From: an uncultured Chloroflexia bacterium
GTDB lineage: Bacteria; Chloroflexota; Limnocylindria; Limnocylindrales; CSP1-4
NCBI GenBank assembly: GCA_963813335.1
Contig: CAWEYL010000001.1
Location: 1,024,001-1,088,000 of the forward strand
DNA length: 64,000 nucleotides
Direction: 5' to 3'
Position numbers and translations under genes: made by a program. The notes beneath the pieces were generated by a model, which did not search any database, had not been told where the DNA came from, and was given only the letters and a program-made list of their open reading frames with translations. Positions within the stretch are counted from its first letter, which is position 1, and each line of letters starts with the position of its first letter. Positions 58,213 through 64,000 of the stretch are shown here, in pieces.

Positions 58213-58322
58213 TTCCGGTACTTGCCAACCGGCCTTGGCGCAAGTCTCGCGGGGCGTCCCATCCGCGGCGGGCGCACCATGGCTCCGTGCAACTTCCGGA
58301 AGCTCCCCGGCGTCGGGGCCGC

Positions 58323-58757
58323 GTGATCGCAGCCAGGCTGCTGCTGCTCGGGGCCTGTGCGCTCGTCGCTGCATGCGGACCTGGCAGCGCGGCTTCCCCT
58401 CTGCCCAGCCCATCGCCGATCGTCTCGCCGGCTGGGGGCCCGCCCAGCGTGACGGGAGTCGTCACCGCCGGCCCGGTCTGCCCGGTCGAGCAGTCCCCGC
58501 CCGACCCGAAGTGCGCGCCACGGCCGGTCGCCGGCGCGGTCATCGTCGCAACGGACGCGAGCGGTCAGGAAGTCGGTCGCACGACGAGCGCCGTGGACGG
58601 CTCATACGAACTGATCGTCGCGGAAACGGGGCAGGTGGTCGTCACGGCGCTCCCGGTCGAGGGGCTCGCCGGGGCTCCGGCACCCGTTCCGCTCACGTTC
58701 ACCTCTCCGGGTGAGGTGCGACACCTCGACCTCGAGTACGACACCGGGATCCGCTGA
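58323..58757 (+). CDS. Putative lipoprotein (carboxypeptidase-regulatory-like beta domain)
   Basis: Lipobox LVAAC; GPVCPVE...DP.C.PRP and YDTGIR C-terminus. Confidence 0.8.
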   Translation: MIAARLLLLGACALVAACGPGSAASPLPSPSPIVSPAGGPPSVTGVVTAGPVCPVEQSPPDPKCAPRPVAGAVIVATDASGQEVGRTTSAVDGSYELIVAETGQVVVTALPVEGLAGAPAPVPLTFTSPGEVRHLDLEYDTGIR

Positions 58758-58824
58758 AGCCGAGCGCGGGCCGACGCCCGACGATATCGTGCGGCATCGA
58801 AGGTGACCACCGATAGGAGCGCCC

Positions 58825-59346
58825 GTGACCGAACCCCGCATCCGCCTGCGCGACGCCACCATCGACGACGCCGACCGACTCGACGCCTGGGAGACACCCG
58901 AGAATCTCGGCTCGTTCAACGATTTCGGCATCCAACGCTCGTCCAAACGCGACGCGCTGGCGAAGGGCCCGCTCCGCGACGAGCGCAACGGCACGCTGAT
59001 CGTCGAGGTCATCGCGACCGGCGAGGCGATCGGCACGGTCGGCTGGCACGGGGTCGGGTACGGGCCGAACGCCGACAGCCGGGCGTGGAATATCGGCATC
59101 GCGCTGATCCCGACCGCGCGCGGCCACGGCTACGGCGTCGAGGCCCAGCGACTCCTCGCCGACGAGCTCTTCCGGACGACCGATGCGAACCGCGTCGAGG
59201 CATCGACCGACGTGGAGAACCTCCCCGAGCAGCGCGCCCTGGAGAAGGCCGGCTTCACCCGCGAGGGCGTGGTGCGCGGCGCCCAGGTCCGGGCGGGCGG
59301 GATCCACGACCTGGTCGTCTACTCGAGGCTCCGCTCGGACCCCTGA
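58825..59346 (+). CDS. RimJ/RimL-type GNAT acetyltransferase
   Basis: NIGI.L.P.ARGHGYG, NRVEASTDVEN..EQRALEKAGFTREG; AGGAG RBS. Confidence 0.92.
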   Translation: MTEPRIRLRDATIDDADRLDAWETPENLGSFNDFGIQRSSKRDALAKGPLRDERNGTLIVEVIATGEAIGTVGWHGVGYGPNADSRAWNIGIALIPTARGHGYGVEAQRLLADELFRTTDANRVEASTDVENLPEQRALEKAGFTREGVVRGAQVRAGGIHDLVVYSRLRSDP

Positions 59347-59410
59347 TCGGGCGACCCGGGCCTTGACGCCGCGCGGCGGTCGGCGCATACCACCCGGAGA
59401 GGTGGAACCG

Positions 59411-59623
59411 ATGGGCGAACCGAAACCGAAGGAACCGCAGCGCAACGCCGGAGCCTTCCTCGGCCCCGACCTCCTGGCGCCCGTGCCGATGCGGACCCTC
59501 AGCGACGAGTATCACGATGGTCCGGCCGAGCCGGTCGACTCCGACCGCGTGCCACCGCCCGAGGTCCCCGGGTGGGTCCGCCGGCTCCGCGACCAGCTGG
59601 CCGCCATGGGGAAGCGCCGCTAG
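59411..59623 (+). CDS. Small hypothetical protein (70 aa)
   Basis: GAGAGGTG RBS; upstream TTGACG-N17-CATACC; fills the intergenic gap. Confidence 0.5.
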   Translation: MGEPKPKEPQRNAGAFLGPDLLAPVPMRTLSDEYHDGPAEPVDSDRVPPPEVPGWVRRLRDQLAAMGKRR

Positions 59624-61029
59624 GGCTCGCCCGGGCTCCAGGTGACGATGCCGATCGGCATCGGCCGCTGCGACGCGAGGCCCACGCCCGTCTCGTCGCT
59701 GACGATCTGCTCGTCGAGTGCGGCCCCGAACCGGCGGTCCTTCTCGCTGCCGCGTTCGACCCACAGCTGGCGGCGCAGGAAGCCCTCGAGCTGCTCGCGC
59801 GACTCGAACCGACGTGGCTCGCGGGCAAGGGGCGCGACCTCCGGCGTCCGGCCCAGCGCGCGGAGCAGCTCGACGAACTCGGGGAGTGCCGGCAGCGCGA
59901 TCCGCGCCTCGCCGTGGACCGGCGGCCAGCAGGCATCGGCGACCGAGGCCGGCTGGCGCTCCATCAGGATCGCCACGCACAGCCGCCGCGCCGCGGCCTC
60001 CATCGCCCGCAGGAACGGCCCGATCGCCTCGATGTCGTAACTGACATGCGCGATCAGCGCGACGTCGGCGGCGAACGGCGCCGGGTCCGCTGGCGGCCAG
60101 CGCCCCTCGACGGCGCGGACGTTCCCGATCGCCGCGACCGCGGCGTCCTCGCGCAGCGCGGCGAGCATCCCGCTCGAAGCGTCGAGGGCCACGACCGACC
60201 CGCCAGACGCCGCCAATGCCGCCGCGATCGGCAACGCGTAGCGGCCGGCGCCCGCCCCGATGTCCAGCCATGTCTCGCCCGGCCGGACGAGCGCCAGCAG
60301 CGCGTCGAGGGCGGGCTCGTCGGTCCGAGCCGGGTCGGCCCGGAACAGGCCGCTGACCGGGGCGTAGAAGTCCGCCCCGTCGGGGACCTCGCGGAGGCGG
60401 TCCACCTGCTCGCGGTTGGCCAGGACCCGCGCGGCCCACGCCGCCTCGAGCACGCCGACCAGGTCCGCCCGGGTGTCGACATCGGGGTTCGCCCCGCCGA
60501 CGGGGACCTCGACGACCTGCTCCGGATGCGCGGCCAGGACCGGGCCGAGTCCGCGATCGCCGCTCGCCTCGTCGAGCAGCGCGAAGCCGGCGCGGCGCAC
60601 CAGCACCGGGTTCCGCCCGCGATCCTCGGCATACGCGGGCACGACGACGGGCCGGGCCGCGTCGACGGGCGCCGCGAGCAGGGCTTCGATCACGTCGGTG
60701 CGGAGCATGGGCTGGTCGCCGAGCGCGATCAGGACCGCGCCCGTCCCGGCGCCGAGCGCGGATCGTCCGATCGCCAGCGAGCTCGCCAGGCCGCGCTCGG
60801 GCGCGGGATTGACGACACGCCGCTCGGAGCGCCACTCGATCGCGGCCTCGACCGCGGCAGCGTCCGCTCCCAGCACCACGGCCACGTCGCTGACGCCCGC
60901 CTCGGCGAGCCGGTCGAGGACGTGCTGGAGGACCGGCCGGCCGTCGACGGTCGCGAGGAGCTTCCCGCCCCCGAACCGCGCGCCGGCGCCGGCGGCGAGC
61001 ACGATCGCAGCGACCCGGTCGTCGTCCAT
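59620..61029 (-). CDS. MocA-like molybdenum cofactor cytidylyltransferase fused to a class I SAM-dependent methyltransferase
   Basis: LAAGAGARFGGGK, LGDQP, NPV, GDRG and DVDT..D, then in frame WLDIGAGAGRY, VALDASSGM and AHVSY. Confidence 0.88.
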   Translation of the reverse strand: MDDDRVAAIVLAAGAGARFGGGKLLATVDGRPVLQHVLDRLAEAGVSDVAVVLGADAAAVEAAIEWRSERRVVNPAPERGLASSLAIGRSALGAGTGAVLIALGDQPMLRTDVIEALLAAPVDAARPVVVPAYAEDRGRNPVLVRRAGFALLDEASGDRGLGPVLAAHPEQVVEVPVGGANPDVDTRADLVGVLEAAWAARVLANREQVDRLREVPDGADFYAPVSGLFRADPARTDEPALDALLALVRPGETWLDIGAGAGRYALPIAAALAASGGSVVALDASSGMLAALREDAAVAAIGNVRAVEGRWPPADPAPFAADVALIAHVSYDIEAIGPFLRAMEAAARRLCVAILMERQPASVADACWPPVHGEARIALPALPEFVELLRALGRTPEVAPLAREPRRFESREQLEGFLRRQLWVERGSEKDRRFGAALDEQIVSDETGVGLASQRPMPIGIVTWSPGEP

Positions 61030-61104
61030 CCGACCCATCTTCCCACCTGCCACCGCGGCGAGTAGCCTTGTGAGGAGCGCGCGACCAGAGGGAGACTGTC
61101 CAGG

Positions 61105-62145
61105 ATGACCGGGAATGCTGGCCCGTCGGGAACCGACCCATGGCGCGATCTGCCACCGAGCGTCCCTGACCCGCGCGATCCCGGCGCCCCGGACCATCCG
61201 TTCGCGACCAACCCGTCGTCCATGGACAACCCACCGCCCATCGACGCCGCGCCTATCGACGCGGTCCCGGCCGGCGGCGGCGCGGCCCCGACCGACGCGG
61301 CTCGGACGGAATGGGCGCCACCCGGCGGGGCGACGCCACCGGCCAGGCCGGCGATGCCGGCCATGGACGCGACGACCAGGCTGACCCTTGGCGCGGGGGG
61401 CGCCCTGGCGGTCCTGGGCCTCATCGGCGTCGCCATCGGGACCTGGAACTTCGCCTTCAGTGGGATCATCCTGATCCTGGCCGGCCTGGTCGGGGCGTCC
61501 GGCGGCTGGATCGCGCTGACCAACCAGGGCAGGACGCTGGTGATCGCGGCGCGCGACATCGTGCTGATCGGCGGGACCATCGGGGCCTTCCTGGGGCTCC
61601 TGTTCGTGCTCCAGCTGATCACAGACCTCGATCACATCGAAGGCTACGGCGGTGGGCTCGGCCTGATCGTCACGGTCCTCACGGCGGCCGCGGGGTGCAC
61701 GCTCTATGCCGCCGCGGCCCGCCATTGGGGCGACCGCCCGCTCGCGCCCTGGAGCGCCCTGCTCCGCGCCGGTCTGCCCGGACGACTGATCCTCGCCGGC
61801 ACGCTGCTCGTGATCGTCGGCTGGCTCGGCAACGTCACGATCGGCGCCTGGTTCCTCAACGCCGGCGTCGTGACGATCGCGGCGGTCCTGCTGGCCCTGC
61901 TCCTCGTGCGCGCCGAGGCCGACCCGGACCAGCCGATGCAGCTCCCCTACCCCGTCGCCTTCACGATCGTGCTGCTCGCCGGGATCGCGGCGCTGATGGC
62001 CATCCTCCAGACGCTCGACCTCATGGGGGCGCACCAAGGGCTGCAGAGCTGGTTGACGCAGCTCATCGCGGTCGCCGGCGTCGCGCTAGTGGTCGTCGGG
62101 GCCGCGCTCGCGGTGCTCGACACGACCCGGGCCGAGACGACCTAG
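61105..62145 (+). CDS. Hypothetical multi-pass membrane protein with Pro-rich N-terminus
   Basis: About 8 hydrophobic helices, apparently an internal duplication of a 4-TM unit; GAGGGAG RBS. Confidence 0.75.
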   Translation: MTGNAGPSGTDPWRDLPPSVPDPRDPGAPDHPFATNPSSMDNPPPIDAAPIDAVPAGGGAAPTDAARTEWAPPGGATPPARPAMPAMDATTRLTLGAGGALAVLGLIGVAIGTWNFAFSGIILILAGLVGASGGWIALTNQGRTLVIAARDIVLIGGTIGAFLGLLFVLQLITDLDHIEGYGGGLGLIVTVLTAAAGCTLYAAAARHWGDRPLAPWSALLRAGLPGRLILAGTLLVIVGWLGNVTIGAWFLNAGVVTIAAVLLALLLVRAEADPDQPMQLPYPVAFTIVLLAGIAALMAILQTLDLMGAHQGLQSWLTQLIAVAGVALVVVGAALAVLDTTRAETT

Positions 62146-63246
62146 GCCACCGCCCGCTGCCGAAGCGGGACGCCGCTCCCGCCGTAGCGCTCGGCCACGA
62201 TCTCGGCGAGGATCGCCAGCGCGGTCTCGGCCGGGGCGCGCCCGCCGAGGTCGAGGCCGACCGGACCGCGCAGGCGGTCGAGCTCCTCGTCGCCGACACC
62301 GGCCTCGCGTAGCCTGGCGCGCCGGTCGCCCTGCGTCTTCTTCGACCCGACGGCACCTACGTAGCGGCAGCCGCGGCGGAGCGCCTCGACGATCGCGGGC
62401 TCGTCGAACTTGACGTCGTGGGTCAGCACCGCGACGGCGTCGTTGGCACCGAGCGCGATCTCGTCGGCGACCTCGTCCGGCCAGCCCACGATCAGGCGGT
62501 CGACATCGGGGAAGCGCTCCGCGGTCGCGAAGGACGCCCGGCCATCGATGACGACCGTCTCGAAGCCCAGCTCCCGCGCGAGGCGGACCAGCGACCGCGC
62601 GACCTCCACCGCACCGACGACCACGAGCCGCGGCCGGACCGGGAAGACCTCGACGAAGTACGAGCGGTCGCCGAGCTCGACCGTCCGCGACAGCCCGCGC
62701 TTGAGCGCCTCGCCAGCGGCGGCGACAAGCTGCGCGTCCAGCTCGGCCGAGCCAAGCGTCCCCTCGAGCCGTCCCTCGTCGTCGACGATCGAGCTCGGGC
62801 TCCGGCGGCGCCCCGGCACCGGGCTGGTGCGGCCCGAACTCGCCCGGCGGCGAATCGGCGGGGAGCGGCGTGACGACGGCCGCGCCCTGGCCGGACGGGC
62901 CGAGCGAGCCGCGCGCGGCGGTGACGACCGCGGCGGGGGCCATCGGCTCCACCAGCACGTCGATCGTCCCGCCGCAGGCGAGGCCGACATCCCAGGCCTG
63001 CTCGTCGCTGATCCCGTAGCGGATGACCCGTGCGTGCCCGTCCGCGCGGGCTTTCTCGATCTCCTCCGCGGCCGCCCCCTCCACGCAACCGCCGCTGACC
63101 GAGCCGGCGATCCGTCCGTCCGAGGCATAGAGCAGCACGGCGCCCTCGGGACGCGGCGCCGAGCCGAACGTCCGGACGACGACCGCCCGGCCGACGGCGA
63201 CCCGGTCGTTCTCCCAGGCGGCAAGGGTGTCGAGCAGCTCCTTCAT
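62142..63246 (-). CDS. XdhC/CoxI family Moco chaperone (frameshift near 62790)
   Basis: GSAPRPEGA, GSVSGGCVE and GLACGG; after the shift LTHDVKFD, YVGAVGS and GLDLGGRAPAETALAILAE. Confidence 0.88.
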
Positions 63247-64000
63247 CGGATCGGCCTCGCTGCGGATGGATCGGTCGGCGGACCGCCGACGACGTCGGGT
63301 GGGGCGGCGACGGTCGGGACGGCCATGCCGGGGAGGGCCGCGTGCGAGGCGGCTTCGCTCCCCCGCCGCGTGTCGCTGGCGCGGACGCCGCCGAGGATCT
63401 CCCCGAGCCGCTCGAGGTTGGCGACGGTGCCGGCCGCCAGGAAGTCGTCGACGTACGGGTAGGCGGCCCGCATCCCGCCGGCCAGCGGCTGGTAGCCGGG
63501 CGTGCCCGCGAGCGGGTTGAGCCAGACGAGCCGGTGGCAGTTTCGCCGCAGGCGGGCCGTCTCGGTCGCGACGAGCGCGGGGTCGCCGCGGTCCCAGCCG
63601 TCGGAGACGACGATGACGACGCCCGAGGTGCGCAGCGTCCGGCGCGCCCAGTGCTGGTTGAACGTGCGGAACGACTCGCCGATGCGGGTCCCGCCCGCCC
63701 AGTCGTTCACGGCTTCGGAGACCCGCGCGAGGGCCCGGTCGCGGTCGCGGTCCTTCAGCAGCCGGGTGACGCGGGTGAGGCGCGTCCCGAACACGAACGA
63801 CTCGGTGCGGACTTCCGAGGCCGCGGACAGCGCCTGGACGAAGCGGAGCAGGAGCCGCGAATGGCGCTCCATCGAGCCGGAGATGTCGCACAGGACGACG
63901 AGCGAGCGCGGCTCGCGGATGGGCCGCCGCCAGACCCAGTCGAGCAGCTGGCCGCCGGTCCCGAGGTTGCGCCGGAACATCGCCCGCGGGGCCAGCCGGC
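63243..64000 (-). CDS. coxE: CoxE-like VWA domain protein (5' part outside window)
   Basis: LCDISGSM, FVFGTRLTRVT, WAGGTRIG, SDGWDRGD, WLNPL. Confidence 0.9.
   Translation of the reverse strand, partial: RLAPRAMFRRNLGTGGQLLDWVWRRPIREPRSLVVLCDISGSMERHSRLLLRFVQALSAASEVRTESFVFGTRLTRVTRLLKDRDRDRALARVSEAVNDWAGGTRIGESFRTFNQHWARRTLRTSGVVIVVSDGWDRGDPALVATETARLRRNCHRLVWLNPLAGTPGYQPLAGGMRAAYPYVDDFLAAGTVANLERLGEILGGVRASDTRRGSEAASHAALPGMAVPTVAAPPDVVGGPPTDPSAARPIR

Overview
Very GC-rich bacterial chromosomal segment. Gene style and content suggest Chloroflexota (Limnocylindria/Ellin6529-like); this is an inference. No prophage, IS or CRISPR was seen. In order, the window holds: a small Zn-ribbon/HTH operon; a LacI-regulated alpha-glucoside locus (GH13 plus ABC); valS with a Val T-box; tRNA-Leu(TAG) and tig-clpP-clpX; cinA; a compact Crp + CpdA/Rv1339-like phosphodiesterase + class III cyclase trio; mrp/apbC; a solitary XRE-nuclease-like gene; a polyamine ABC operon in which the ATPase is fused in frame, through an internal twin-arginine/TM segment, to the substrate-binding protein; amine-catabolism genes; an aldolase; a VirB11-like ATPase/AAA/VWA operon; an ABC exporter-small protein-rsgA-GNAT operon behind a leader-peptide attenuator; and a form I aerobic CO dehydrogenase cluster (coxMSL plus accessory genes, including MocA-methyltransferase and XdhC-YHS fusions). 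Six single-base frameshifts in otherwise intact genes look like sequencing errors. The best candidates for novel systems are the attenuator-controlled ABC/RsgA/GNAT operon, the ATPase-SBP fusion transporter and the cyclic-nucleotide writer/reader/eraser trio. All calls come from motif recognition by eye; no database searches were run.
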